A stretch of 64,000 nt of DNA from NCBI GenBank assembly GCA_964230645.1, contig CAXRHT010000002.1:736001-800000 (forward strand), in the 5' to 3' direction. The notes below the pieces were generated by a model. The model was not told where the DNA came from. It worked only from the letters and a program-made list of their open reading frames with translations, and ran no database searches. Both the position numbers and the translations under genes were made by a program. Of this stretch, positions 10,588-20,726 are shown piece after piece. Within the stretch, counting starts at the first letter, position 1; every line of letters begins with the position of its first letter. The stretch is from Bdellovibrionales bacterium (GTDB lineage Bacteria; Bdellovibrionota; Bdellovibrionia; Bdellovibrionales; JAGQZY01).

Positions 10588-12237
10588 ATGGAAAAACATT
10601 ACGATTACCTTATTGTGGGTGGTGGCTCAGCGGGTTGTGTTCTCGCCAATCGATTGAGCGAAGATAAGAACACAAAGGTTTTAATGCTTGAAGCTGGAAG
10701 GCCTGACTATTGGTGGGATATTTTTATCCACATGCCAGCCGCCCTCACCATACCTATCGGAAATAAAAATTATGACTGGTGTTATGAGTCAGAACCGGAA
10801 CCTCACCTTGGAGGACGACGGATCTTTCACGCAAGAGGGAAGGTTCTCGGAGGTTCGAGCTCAATTAATGGAATGATTTTCCAAAGAGGTAATCCCATGG
10901 ATTTTCAGCGCTGGGCCGCAGACTCCGGTATGGAAAATTGGGACTACTATCACTGTCTCCCCTATTTCAAGAAAATGGAAAACTGTATTGCTGGTGGTGA
11001 TGAGTATCGTGGGACTAAGGGGCCTCTTGAGCTCGAACGTGGACCAGGGAAAAATCCGCTTTTCCAAAGTTTTTTGCAGGCTTGCGAAGAGGCTGGGCAT
11101 CCACGCACAAAAGATGTGAACGGCTACCAGCAAGAGGGTTTTGCTCTTTTTGATCGAAATGTTAGGAAAGGACGCAGGCTTTCTGCAGCCAGAGCTTATT
11201 ACCATCCCGTAAAGAACCGAGAAAATTTGGAACTCAGAACCCGAGTCCACACCAACAAAATTTTATTTGATGGTTTAAAAGCGGTTGGAGTGGAATACCA
11301 AGACTCCCGTGGAAAAGTTCATCAAGTGAAAGCCAACGAAGTGATTCTTTGCACAGGGGCTGTAACCTCCCCTCAACTTCTCCAGCTCTCAGGCATCGGC
11401 AACCCGGAATTGCTGCAGTCTTTGGATATACCCGTAAAACTTCCATTAAACGGAGTGGGTGAAAACCTGCAGGACCATCTGGAAGTTTATGTTCAGTACA
11501 AATGCAAAAAGCCGGTCTCAATGAACCCGGCCTTAAAATGGTATCGCAAACCCGATATCGGACTGCAGTGGCTCTTTCGAAAAGGTCCAGCAGCAACAAA
11601 TCACTTTGAAGCCGGTGGTTTTATAAAGTCCAATGACAGCTATCAATACCCTAACCTGATGTTTCACTTTCTTCCACTAGCCGTGCGCTACGATGGCTCC
11701 TCTCCTGAGGGAGATCACGGCTATCAGGTGCATGTAGGCCCGATGTACTCAAACTCGCGTGGTAGCGTTAAGATTAAAACAACGAACCCTAAAGATTACC
11801 CTGCTCTTTTATTCAATTACCTCTCCACTGCCGAGGACGAACAGGAATGGGTGGAGGCGATTGAAAAAGCCAGAGAAATACTCTCGCAACCGGCCATGAA
11901 GGAGTTCAACGGCGGAGAAATTTCGCCGGGCCCTCAGGTAAAATCAAGAGAAGAAATTCTCGACTGGGTTCGTAGAGATAGCGAAACAGCCATTCACCCC
12001 TGTGGTACCTGTAAAATGGGAACAGACGAACTCTCAGTGGTTGATCCAAAGACTATGCGGGTCCATGGCACCGAAGGCCTAAGAATCGTTGACGGCTCGG
12101 TGATGCCCTACATTCCCAATGGAAATATCTACGCTCCCATTATGATGACAGCCGAAAAGTCCGCAGACCTAATCTTAGGAAAAACACCTTTAGTTCCTGA
12201 GAAAGTCGATTTTTATGCAGGCAAAGAGTCGGTTTAA
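10588..12237 (+). CDS. betA: Choline dehydrogenase (GMC oxidoreductase)
   Basis: [50 protein letters not shown]. Confidence 0.88.
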   Translation: MEKHYDYLIVGGGSAGCVLANRLSEDKNTKVLMLEAGRPDYWWDIFIHMPAALTIPIGNKNYDWCYESEPEPHLGGRRIFHARGKVLGGSSSINGMIFQRGNPMDFQRWAADSGMENWDYYHCLPYFKKMENCIAGGDEYRGTKGPLELERGPGKNPLFQSFLQACEEAGHPRTKDVNGYQQEGFALFDRNVRKGRRLSAARAYYHPVKNRENLELRTRVHTNKILFDGLKAVGVEYQDSRGKVHQVKANEVILCTGAVTSPQLLQLSGIGNPELLQSLDIPVKLPLNGVGENLQDHLEVYVQYKCKKPVSMNPALKWYRKPDIGLQWLFRKGPAATNHFEAGGFIKSNDSYQYPNLMFHFLPLAVRYDGSSPEGDHGYQVHVGPMYSNSRGSVKIKTTNPKDYPALLFNYLSTAEDEQEWVEAIEKAREILSQPAMKEFNGGEISPGPQVKSREEILDWVRRDSETAIHPCGTCKMGTDELSVVDPKTMRVHGTEGLRIVDGSVMPYIPNGNIYAPIMMTAEKSADLILGKTPLVPEKVDFYAGKESV

Positions 12238-12270
12238 AACAATAGCTCTAACGACTCCCTTTCTCCGTCC

Positions 12271-12376
12271 CACATGCAGTCCTGGGCCCAAATGTCGTCC
12301 TGAGCTCAAATGCCGTCCTGAGCGCCAAATGTCGTCCTGGGCCCAAATGTCGTCCTGAGGCGAAGCCGAAGGACCT
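12271..12376. repeat. Five 18-19 bp tandem repeats ending in a REP-like hairpin
   Basis: Units CAAATGTCGTCCTG(A/G)GC at 12271, 12289, 12307, 12326 and 12344; the last continues GTCCTGAGGCGAAGCCGAAGGAC. Confidence 0.85.
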
Positions 12377-12517
12377 ATCAAGCCTCGATTCGAAGCCCAC
12401 AGCCCTCCCTACTTCAGATACCAATCGATTCCGCTTGAAAACGATCTATCTGTAGAATTTCGAGAAACTCATAGTCCTGAGTGGGATTGATGAGCTCGTT
12501 TAATTTCGCAAAATTAA

Positions 12518-13924
12518 TTAAAAAACCCGACTCTCACCATTTTCATAATTAAAATTTTGAAGTTCATTCCATATATAATTGATGACAGTGCTATAGTTAT
12601 TTCGAACTAGAGGATGAACGGTGTTGGGTATGTTTAGATTGTCTGGTGGCTGAGTTTTATAAATCGCAGAGTAAGTAATCAACGAAGCCAGGAAGTAGAG
12701 AGTCGGTTGCCCATGGGGAGCATCATCTTCATAAAGAGAAGTTAAGGGAATGCCCTGTAAAGGTGTTTGCGTAACCAGACCGCTAATAATAGGCCCCACT
12801 GGAATCATTTTAATCTGACTGCCAGGGCGAGCTGACAGCAGAGAGTCGTGATAGTCTAAAAACCACTGATGAAAATCACCGGTCCTGGTGTCACGGTTGT
12901 AACGCGCAAAATCCACTCCACCGGGGAAGGCCCCATAGCCTCCCATGTCGGGCCAGTTTTCATAAATGTAAAAGGGAATTCCTGGATGAGCCGCCCGCGA
13001 CTGATCATAAATTTCAAGGGTCGCGGATAAGGGACTCACCGACGGATTGTCAAAATAGGGAGCCGAAGGAGCCTGATACTGAATAAAATTGGCCGGCGTC
13101 ATCATAATCAAATTGAAATCGACCTGTGAAAAAGGCGTGTTCTCATTTGTCCAAGTCGAAGTCACATTGGGAAAACCCCACTGAGGGGAGATATTGTTAA
13201 AGTTGGCGTGATTTTGCAGAAAACCATACTGTCCGTCGGCGGCAAAACTTTTATTATCTTGTCCAGCAATCACCGACAGCCAGTGAGGGACTTTTTTCTC
13301 CTCCGTTGGACTGGGCGTATGCTCATGAACGATCAGGCTGTGACCAAAAATAAAAAGCCTTAGATCGTCGGGGCCCTCACTCACGGGAGGCTCCACGACA
13401 GGAGGTGGCTCAACTTCACAACTCCGGTGCACCAAAGGACCACTCCAATTAGAAAATTCTCCGTTGTTGCATTGCCTTGTTTGCGTCATGCCACTGCCGC
13501 AGCTCTGACCATAGGGAACAGTTTCTTGTGGATAAAAAGTTCCCACCTCAATGTCGCCATGAGGCGTGTTGCCACAAGAGGCGGTATTAACTCCTTGCAC
13601 TTCACAGGATGTAAACTGGTAGAGATCCGATCCTGAAAAAGAACTCCACTCCCCATTAAAGCAAGTTCGAGTGCGAGTTTGCCCCTCACACGTCGCTCCC
13701 CTTTCTTGCCGGTACATTCTTATTGATTCCGTTCCTAGGTGCGGAGTGGATCCACAGGAGAGCATAAGGGTTGGATTTTCGGTTTGAGGCCCTTGATTTT
13801 GGCTTTGCCCCGTCTTTTCTAAATTGGATTTAAAATCATTAGAACAATTCTGGAATAAAATCAGACAAAGCCCTACACTTAGTATAAGTATCAATTTTTT
13901 TTGATTTTTATAGGTGCCCACCAT
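12518..13924 (-). CDS. Lipoprotein with two Cys-rich repeats and an SGNH-like C-terminal domain
   Basis: LFQNC lipobox; SCG.TPH...R.C.NGE.S..SG repeats; EPPPVVEPP linker; FIFGHSL and DDAPH motifs. Confidence 0.6.
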   Translation of the reverse strand: MVGTYKNQKKLILILSVGLCLILFQNCSNDFKSNLEKTGQSQNQGPQTENPTLMLSCGSTPHLGTESIRMYRQERGATCEGQTRTRTCFNGEWSSFSGSDLYQFTSCEVQGVNTASCGNTPHGDIEVGTFYPQETVPYGQSCGSGMTQTRQCNNGEFSNWSGPLVHRSCEVEPPPVVEPPVSEGPDDLRLFIFGHSLIVHEHTPSPTEEKKVPHWLSVIAGQDNKSFAADGQYGFLQNHANFNNISPQWGFPNVTSTWTNENTPFSQVDFNLIMMTPANFIQYQAPSAPYFDNPSVSPLSATLEIYDQSRAAHPGIPFYIYENWPDMGGYGAFPGGVDFARYNRDTRTGDFHQWFLDYHDSLLSARPGSQIKMIPVGPIISGLVTQTPLQGIPLTSLYEDDAPHGQPTLYFLASLITYSAIYKTQPPDNLNIPNTVHPLVRNNYSTVINYIWNELQNFNYENGESRVF

Positions 13925-14096
13925 TTCTCCCCAAACTCTTCCTTAATTATAAAGAAAAAACCGCTCAGGGAGAACTCTGGTCTCAATTTAGGAAAAATTG
14001 ATCACTTTTATGACAAGTTATTAAATGGCCTATTTTCCTAAAAGTGATTGTAATTAGCCAGATTTTGGAGAGACTGGAGCTCTAAGGAGCACCTCA

Positions 14097-14876
14097 ATGA
14101 AATTTTTTAACTTACTAATGACCCTCTTGATCACGACCTGCCTTTTATCTTGCGAGAAAAAATCAGACTCCACCAATCAAGAAAAAGAAATTCGAAACAA
14201 AGAAAGTACTCCCGGTAGTGATTTGAGTCTCAAGGAGCAATTAGCCCAGAGGGCTCGGCAGTCGGCTCACAAAACTCCCAGCGAAAAAAGAAAAATTATG
14301 ATTCAGGCGATCGAGGATCTCAAAACAAGCCAGGTGATGAAATCCGCTTTAAGAAAAGGCGACAAGATGCCTCACTTTCGCCTGAGAAACCCGCAGCGAG
14401 AGCCTATCACTTCAAAAAAACTTTTGGAAAAAGGTCCCATTGTCCTTGTTTTTTATCGCGGTGGCTGGTGCCCCTATTGCAATCTGCAACTAAGAGACTT
14501 ACAAAAAAACCTCGATGCTATTAAAGCACAAGGTGCCGAGCTTGTGGCGATCTCACCAGAGAGTCTGGAAGCCGCTGGTGATACCGTCAGTAAACAGAAA
14601 TTAGGTTACCACGTTCTCAGTGATCAATATGGTGCTGTGGGAAAAGAGTTTGGCCTCATGTTTAAACTTCCAAAAGATCTTATTTCCGTCTACAAAGACT
14701 TCGGAATTCACCTTGATAAAACCAATCAAACGAAAAAATGGGAATTACCTTTAGCGGCCACCTATATCGTGGATCAAAAAGGTGTGATCCGTTATGCCTT
14801 CGTTGAAGCGGACTATAAACTGCGGGCTGAAACCACTGAGATTATCAAAGAACTGGCCAAATTGAATAAACCCTAA
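14097..14876 (+). CDS. Peroxiredoxin-like AhpC/TSA (redoxin) lipoprotein
   Basis: FYRGGWCPYCNLQL, VAISPE, LPLAATYIVD. Confidence 0.88.
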   Translation: MKFFNLLMTLLITTCLLSCEKKSDSTNQEKEIRNKESTPGSDLSLKEQLAQRARQSAHKTPSEKRKIMIQAIEDLKTSQVMKSALRKGDKMPHFRLRNPQREPITSKKLLEKGPIVLVFYRGGWCPYCNLQLRDLQKNLDAIKAQGAELVAISPESLEAAGDTVSKQKLGYHVLSDQYGAVGKEFGLMFKLPKDLISVYKDFGIHLDKTNQTKKWELPLAATYIVDQKGVIRYAFVEADYKLRAETTEIIKELAKLNKP

Positions 14877-14878
14877 AG

Positions 14879-14913
14879 AAAAGGCTCTTTCCCAAAATTA
14901 AAGAGCCTTTTTT
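14879..14913. terminator. Bidirectional intrinsic terminator
   Basis: AAAAGGCTCTTT/AAAGAGCCTTTT between converging genes. Confidence 0.8.
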
Positions 14914-14915
14914 AT

Positions 14916-15272
14916 TTAAACAAGACTCAAGGTAATATTCACCGAGTGAGTGTGACCGGCCACATTGGTGGATTCTAGTTGTACAGACTCTTGAGATAAG
15001 ATCTGAATCAATATCGATTCATCCAGCACGATCCCATGGGGGTGACCACTTTCTCCCTGAATATCCACTTCAATAGGGCCCATTTCTTTAGTTTCTTTTA
15101 ATAAGGCAATCACATCAGCGACTTCTAAAACCAAATCGTGTCCGTGGTTACTACCGATCTCAGTTGTGATTCTTACCCCTCCCACTTCTGTTTCAGCGGC
15201 TTTAAGACTAAATGGTAAACTCATCAGTGCGGCCGTACCACCGGCGACTTTAAAAAAATTTCTTCTTTGCAT
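14916..15272 (-). CDS. Small Tat-exported His-rich putative metal-binding protein
   Basis: QRRNFFK twin-arginine signal; NHGH, GHPH and GHTH motifs. Confidence 0.7.
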   Translation of the reverse strand: MQRRNFFKVAGGTAALMSLPFSLKAAETEVGGVRITTEIGSNHGHDLVLEVADVIALLKETKEMGPIEVDIQGESGHPHGIVLDESILIQILSQESVQLESTNVAGHTHSVNITLSLV

Positions 15273-15408
15273 CGGGACCTCCTCGATTCCTCGTTGTTTT
15301 CAAAATCCGTTATAAATAGAGAGTTAATGAAAATCGACTGAAAGCCCCTTGAAACCTTGTTGTGATTTGTTGGGAAAAATTCTGTGCTTTACAAGAAGCT
15401 AAAATGCG

Positions 15409-15652
15409 AAAGGCCTGCATCCGGCAGGCCTTTTAAGTGGTAGGTTTTAGAGCGAGTGAACACTCGCAGGTTTAAAAGAAAATTTAGGCATCCCTTCCTC
15501 TGGGATGAGTGCGGTTTGAAGCCACCCCCAAACTGGGCTCAAAACCTTTTGCCGAAAAAACTAAAGACTCTCAAAGGAGTGATCCGGGGCCGCCCCCAAA
15601 TTCGGCCCGGGAACACATTGTCTGTTTCGACTCCCCAAATATAGGAAATCGA
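15409..15652. ncRNA. Candidate structured ncRNA (hairpin array)
   Basis: Consecutive stem-loops at 15409-15434, 15452-15467, 15489-15507, 15515-15543, 15567-15580 and 15584-15610; no credible ORF. Confidence 0.45.
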
Positions 15653-15676
15653 GGTCAATTATTCCACTCATCCCGT

Positions 15677-15741
15677 TGACAGAAACTTAAATAAGTTGTC
15701 AGAATGATTGTGCTTTTTGACACTTTTCCTTGATTGTGTCA
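15677..15741. promoter_or_regulatory. Two TGACA-N14/15-TGTCA inverted repeats (putative TetR operators)
   Basis: 15677-15701 and 15718-15741, just upstream of the TetR gene. Confidence 0.5.
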
Positions 15742-15782
15742 GAAAACTTCCTTTTTTCATTAAAGTCTGCCACCCTCTTTCT

Positions 15783-16325
15783 ATGGCTGAAGAAAATAAA
15801 AAAGATGATCTCTACTGGAAGGTTTTAAACTGTGCTCTTGAATTGGAGTTCAAAAAGGGACACCTAAAGTGGACGATCACAGAGCTTTCTCGAAAAAGCC
15901 AAATCACCCGGTCTTTGATCTACTATTATTTTGGACGCTCTAAAATGGATATCCTTCAGGCAGCGGTCAGTATTATCGGAGAAGAGTTTATCGGGATGAC
16001 CGAGGAGCGCAAAAAATTGTGGCTCGATGGAGAGCTTGAGGCCGGCCTCAGGAAGTCTCGTGAAATCTACGATAAAATGCCCTACCTGTGCGCTTTTTAT
16101 CTCTCCTACCGCGAACAGACCAATGAGATTGGAGACTCCTTAAAAAAGATAGAAAAGAACTTCAAACAAAAACTAAAGCAGGCTCTTCCCGGCGCTAGCC
16201 CCGAGCAACTTAATACGGTTTTTGCCGTCTATTTTGGAGTGGTCTACTCCCCTTTTGTGGGTGAAAAAGAAATTCGTCTCTTTACTCAGTTTATGAAAGA
16301 CATATTCGCACAAATCAATCGGTAA
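15783..16325 (+). CDS. TetR/AcrR family regulator
   Basis: HTH WTITELSRKSQITRSLIYYYFG; start moved to MAEEN. Confidence 0.85.
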   Translation: MAEENKKDDLYWKVLNCALELEFKKGHLKWTITELSRKSQITRSLIYYYFGRSKMDILQAAVSIIGEEFIGMTEERKKLWLDGELEAGLRKSREIYDKMPYLCAFYLSYREQTNEIGDSLKKIEKNFKQKLKQALPGASPEQLNTVFAVYFGVVYSPFVGEKEIRLFTQFMKDIFAQINR

Positions 16326-16327
16326 CT

Positions 16328-16780
16328 ATGACGTCTGTGAACATTATCCAAACCCAAAATCTCAACCAGGATCAGATCAAAGCACTGACTTCACTAGAAA
16401 AAAAGGTCTTCCCCAACACCCCTACTCAAAAAAGCATACAAAAAAAACTTTCTTCAAAAGAAAATCTTTTAAGTTTTCTTGCTTATGAGGACCAAAACCT
16501 TATTGGTTGTAAAATTGGCTATCCTCTTGAAAGCAATGAATTCTATAGTTGGTATGGTGGCGTCGATCCCGCCTACAGAAAGAAGGGATATGCGCGCTTA
16601 ATGATGGAGTTGCAACATCAAGAACTGAAAAAAAGAGGCTACAAAAAAGTGATCACTAAAACCAGAGCCCCTTACAGAGAGATGCTAATACTAAACTTAC
16701 AACAAGGCTTTTACATAGTCCGTTGTGAGACCAAACCCCAGGTCGACTCAATCATAATTGTATTTGAAAAAAGCTTATAA
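16328..16780 (+). CDS. GNAT acetyltransferase
   Basis: GGVDPAYRKKGYA motif A; LNLQQGF. Confidence 0.88.
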   Translation: MTSVNIIQTQNLNQDQIKALTSLEKKVFPNTPTQKSIQKKLSSKENLLSFLAYEDQNLIGCKIGYPLESNEFYSWYGGVDPAYRKKGYARLMMELQHQELKKRGYKKVITKTRAPYREMLILNLQQGFYIVRCETKPQVDSIIIVFEKSL

Positions 16781-16783
16781 ACC

Positions 16784-19450
16784 CTAAATGGGTTGATTTT
16801 GCTTTTTAATTTTCATTTTCTGGCGCATACCTTTACAGATTTCGTTTTCATAGAGAGCGGCTTTTAAGCTCTTCACCACTGAAAAATTGAGGCTTTTTTT
16901 GGCTTCAATGTAATCCTGTAATTTGCGACTGCTGTCTTGATCACAAAAAATAGGGGCCACATTCTCGATCATCTCATTGGCGTAGAAGTCTCCGGCACCC
17001 TCTGCTAGTCCTGCTAAAGTGTCGTAAAAAGCCTCTGTGAAGTCTTTATGAAGGTCTTTTTGATTGCCCGGAAAAATTCCCTTCATGACGGCTTTCATCT
17101 CTCCAAAAGAATTTTCCTCGTGTTCCTGAGTGAGTTTTTTAAAGTACTTTTGTTTTACAGCTAAATCAGGTTCACTGGCTTTGGCATGCAGGGCGGAAAG
17201 GCGACTCCGTTTTGAGGGATCTTTTTTAAGCTCGCTTGCAATTAATTCGGTAGCCTGCGGATAACCGTTTCTTGAGAGGGCTTGAAGAATTTCCCACCTC
17301 TGATCAGGGTTGGCCAAAAAACTTAGCTCAAGATTTGTTCTTCTTTGTTTTAAGACTTCAGCGAGGGTTTTTAGGACAGAATCACTCTCACTGACTTTTA
17401 CCAAGTTATTAAACCACAAACGTTGCAACTCTTCCTTGTCTTTATTCTCTACAATACGAGTGATCGCGGCTTGCTCGAAAAACTTCACCCAAATATTTCT
17501 CTGCAATTTCCACTCATCGGTGTCGCTGGGATAATAAAACTTCAGGACTTCGTCGACAGAGTCCCAGATCTTAGTGAGAAGATCGGGTCTTTGCTCTGAA
17601 AGCCCGTTGAACTCCACCATTTCAAGGTATTCATTAAGACTCATTTTTTGGTCCACAGTCATCATCCAGAGATCGGACCACAAGAGACTTCGTAAAAACG
17701 GGTCTTGAATATTAGAGAGATTCCCTTTGACCTGGGCAAGACTCTTTTTATCAAGCACAACTTTAACGAAGTCATAGTCTCCATAGTTAGGATAAACCAT
17801 CGATGGACAGGCTTTACCAATCAAGGACTTCAAATAGGTTCGCTCACCGGAAAATTCCACCGTTTTTGTTTTCCAAACCTTTAGCACTCCCCCATAAGGC
17901 CTTAACAAGGCTACCTTAGTTTTATGAGTACGCAACATGGGATGCTCTCTTGTGCCGGTTTGGTAAATTTCAAAATTAGTGATCTTGTTATTTTCACATT
18001 GGTAATAGGTCTCGATTTTATTGTGCATCGCTGTTTTAAGCCATCTCTCATCCCAGGTGGAGAGATCACGGCCTGAGGCCTCAGCCATTGTCGCAATGAA
18101 ATCCTTAAGAGTTGTGTTTTGGCCAGCGAAGCGAGAAAAATAAAGGGCGAGTCCTTTTTTATAGTCCTTTCCAAGAAGAAAAGAGAGTTGCCTTAATGCT
18201 GAGCCCCCCTTGCGGTAAGTGATGGCATCAAAGCTAGCAAAGGCCTCATCGGTCGAGTGAACTTGATCGGTGGCGATCGCATGGGTGTTTTCCGACTGAT
18301 CCAACAAATAGGCCGCTTGTTTGCGAGAGTTCAGACTGGCCCAGCCTTCCTTAAACTCTGTGCTCTCCGTCACACCAACGTAAGAGGAATAAGTGGCAAA
18401 GCTCTCGTTGAGCCAAAGGTCATTCCACCACTCCATAGTGACAAGATTACCAAACCACATATGAGCCATCTCATGATAAAGGGTCACCGCGAGTTTTCTT
18501 TTTTCTTCTCGCGTTTTTTCTCCTTTGGTAACAAAGCGGTCTTCATTGAAGGTCACAGCTCCCACGTTTTCCATAGCCCCAAAGTTAAAATCAGGAACAA
18601 TAAGCTGATCGTATTTTTGATAGGGATAGGGATAACCAAAATAATCTTCGAAGAAATCAAAAGCTGTTTTCGTTAAACCAAACCACTCTTCAGGAACCAC
18701 GTAAGAGGCAAGCGATTTTCTAGCCATTAAACGAAGAGGTATTTCTCGTCCATTGACCTCGGCAACATTTTCCCAGATCTGGTAGTCACCGGCATGAAGT
18801 GAGAATGTATAGGTGGAAAAGCGCTCAGATTGCGGAAAAATCCACTCTTGGTGATTTTCTTTTTCGACAGTCTCGACTTCTCGAACAGAAGTCACAACCT
18901 CCCAAGCTTTTGGCGCCTGAACTTTCATTGTGAACCTTGCTTTGAGGTTCGGCTGGTCAAAGCAGGGAAACATCCTATTGGCCCGGTAAGGTTCAAACTG
19001 AGTGTAAAGATAGGTATTCTTATCTTTTACATCGACATATTTATAGAGTCCCTCACCATCATTTGAGTAGGGATGACTAAAAGACACGAAAACAGAATTA
19101 GAACCTTTTTTAAGATATTTTTTTGGAAGAGAAATATAGAAGCCATTGTACTTTTTCTTTTCGACCGATTTCCCATTGATCTCAAAGGCCAAGACTTTGC
19201 CCCCAAAAAAATCTAGGGTGAGATCCTCTTTTTCTGCCAATTCAAAGCGTACCTCCACCCGTCCTTTGAATTTATCCTTGAGGGTGAGGTCCATATTAAG
19301 ATCGTACTCAACATTAGAGATCAATTCTTTCCGAGTTTGGGCTTCTTCGAAGGTAAGTTGATCTTTTTTACTTCGCCCTTGATCCGAAAATCCCCAGTCC
19401 ACGCAACCCGTGGAGAAAAATAAAACAAGTGTTAGGTAAAAAAATCTCAT
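16784..19450 (-). CDS. pepN: Aminopeptidase N (M1), probably a lipoprotein
   Basis: GAMEN, HEMAH...WLNES; STGC lipobox after MRFFYL start. Confidence 0.93.
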   Translation of the reverse strand: MRFFYLTLVLFFSTGCVDWGFSDQGRSKKDQLTFEEAQTRKELISNVEYDLNMDLTLKDKFKGRVEVRFELAEKEDLTLDFFGGKVLAFEINGKSVEKKKYNGFYISLPKKYLKKGSNSVFVSFSHPYSNDGEGLYKYVDVKDKNTYLYTQFEPYRANRMFPCFDQPNLKARFTMKVQAPKAWEVVTSVREVETVEKENHQEWIFPQSERFSTYTFSLHAGDYQIWENVAEVNGREIPLRLMARKSLASYVVPEEWFGLTKTAFDFFEDYFGYPYPYQKYDQLIVPDFNFGAMENVGAVTFNEDRFVTKGEKTREEKRKLAVTLYHEMAHMWFGNLVTMEWWNDLWLNESFATYSSYVGVTESTEFKEGWASLNSRKQAAYLLDQSENTHAIATDQVHSTDEAFASFDAITYRKGGSALRQLSFLLGKDYKKGLALYFSRFAGQNTTLKDFIATMAEASGRDLSTWDERWLKTAMHNKIETYYQCENNKITNFEIYQTGTREHPMLRTHKTKVALLRPYGGVLKVWKTKTVEFSGERTYLKSLIGKACPSMVYPNYGDYDFVKVVLDKKSLAQVKGNLSNIQDPFLRSLLWSDLWMMTVDQKMSLNEYLEMVEFNGLSEQRPDLLTKIWDSVDEVLKFYYPSDTDEWKLQRNIWVKFFEQAAITRIVENKDKEELQRLWFNNLVKVSESDSVLKTLAEVLKQRRTNLELSFLANPDQRWEILQALSRNGYPQATELIASELKKDPSKRSRLSALHAKASEPDLAVKQKYFKKLTQEHEENSFGEMKAVMKGIFPGNQKDLHKDFTEAFYDTLAGLAEGAGDFYANEMIENVAPIFCDQDSSRKLQDYIEAKKSLNFSVVKSLKAALYENEICKGMRQKMKIKKQNQPI

Positions 19451-19595
19451 AGTCTCTCCCCTGCTTCTAGCCCTGCTCACCGAAAGGATTTGGTGGGAAA
19501 TGGAAGGCTTATTTTTACGGTTTATGGCAGAAAGCGTCAACTCCCATGTCTTAAAAAGGACTTGATTTAAAAGGCTCAGCCTTCAGAATGAATCT

Positions 19596-20291
19596 ATGAG
19601 TTCTATTAAAATACACCGCATTACTGCTGACGATTCCTGGGAAATGATGTGGAAAGGCTGGGAGCTGGCTCGCGTGAACTATCCCCTAGCTTTGATCATT
19701 TCGATCCTCTTTTTTGTAGGTACAATCTTGGGATCTATCCCATTTGTAGGACCCCTCATTGCGGGAGTGGTTACCACTCTTGCCCCTCTTGTTTTCCTTG
19801 AGGCCAGTCGTCTTTGGGAAAATGGTGAAAAGGGTGACTTCCAGACGGTTATGAAAGTTTTTGAAAATAAAGATCGTCTAAACGCCCTCACCCCTCTTCT
19901 TTTGATTCAGTTAGTTATCTCAGCCGGCCCCGGGCTTCTAGCCATGCTGCCTTTTTTAGGCGCTGTTGTTGGACTGCTATCGCTTATAACAATACCCATT
20001 TCCATTATTGTCAGCCTCTCAATTCCAATTTTGTTTTTTAATTATCTTTATGAGGATATGGACTACAAAAGGGCCCTAAGCTGGGCTGTTGAAGGGATTG
20101 TTCAAAACTTTGTCGCTTTTATCGTTCTGGTTCTTCTCGTGTGTGTGCTTTCAGTGATCTGTCTTATTCCACTAGGGCTGGGCATTATTTTTGTGGCATT
20201 CCCTATTTACATCACCATTGGTTATCTCTGGTACCGAAGCGTATACGAAGGTCTTCAGTTTGAAAAGGACAAAGAAAAAAGTCTTATTTAA
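19596..20291 (+). CDS. Integral membrane protein of unknown function
   Basis: About 5-6 hydrophobic segments. Confidence 0.7.
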   Translation: MSSIKIHRITADDSWEMMWKGWELARVNYPLALIISILFFVGTILGSIPFVGPLIAGVVTTLAPLVFLEASRLWENGEKGDFQTVMKVFENKDRLNALTPLLLIQLVISAGPGLLAMLPFLGAVVGLLSLITIPISIIVSLSIPILFFNYLYEDMDYKRALSWAVEGIVQNFVAFIVLVLLVCVLSVICLIPLGLGIIFVAFPIYITIGYLWYRSVYEGLQFEKDKEKSLI

Positions 20292-20703
20292 ATTGTGCCA
20301 CCGCTTTGAACTCAACGGCAATCGGTGTGGGTAAAGCCCCAACTTCTACTGTGGTTCGACAGGGTCCTGACTCCACCGAAAAATATTCGGCGTAAACTTC
20401 GTTAAAAGCCTTAAAATCTTTTTTCATATTGGTAAGAAAGCACTGCACATCAACAAGGTTCTCAAGATCAAGACCTGAATCCTGTAACACAAGGCGTACG
20501 TTTTCGATCACAGCTTTCGTTTGAACTTTCACATCATAGTCCAAGACACTGCCAGCATCATCAAAAACCACTCCAGGGATTTCTTTGGTACCCTTCTGCC
20601 TCGGCCCCACACCCGAGAGGAACAAAAGGTCTCCCACTCTGCGCGCATGAGGATAACTTCCAACAGGCTCCGGCGCCTTCTGACTGATCACTTGCTCATC
20701 CAT
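20284..20703 (-). CDS. RidA family protein, probable 2-aminomuconate deaminase
   Basis: PEPVGSYPHARRVGDLLFLSG, FNEVYAEYF, PCRTTVEV, LPTPIAVEFK; AAGGAG RBS. Confidence 0.85.
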   Translation of the reverse strand: MDEQVISQKAPEPVGSYPHARRVGDLLFLSGVGPRQKGTKEIPGVVFDDAGSVLDYDVKVQTKAVIENVRLVLQDSGLDLENLVDVQCFLTNMKKDFKAFNEVYAEYFSVESGPCRTTVEVGALPTPIAVEFKAVAQFK

Positions 20704-20726
20704 AACCACTCCTTTTCGAAACCACC

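Noticed and set aside
12271..12376. Possible CRISPR array
   Set aside because: Units are directly adjacent 18-19-mers with no unique spacers, and no cas genes are present
15540..15610. c-di-GMP-I riboswitch or merRNA identity for the ncRNA candidate
   Set aside because: No GCAAA…GAAA tetraloop/receptor architecture could be matched
15456..15644. 62-aa ORF in the hairpin region
   Set aside because: GTG start without a clear RBS and no protein features; better explained as RNA structure
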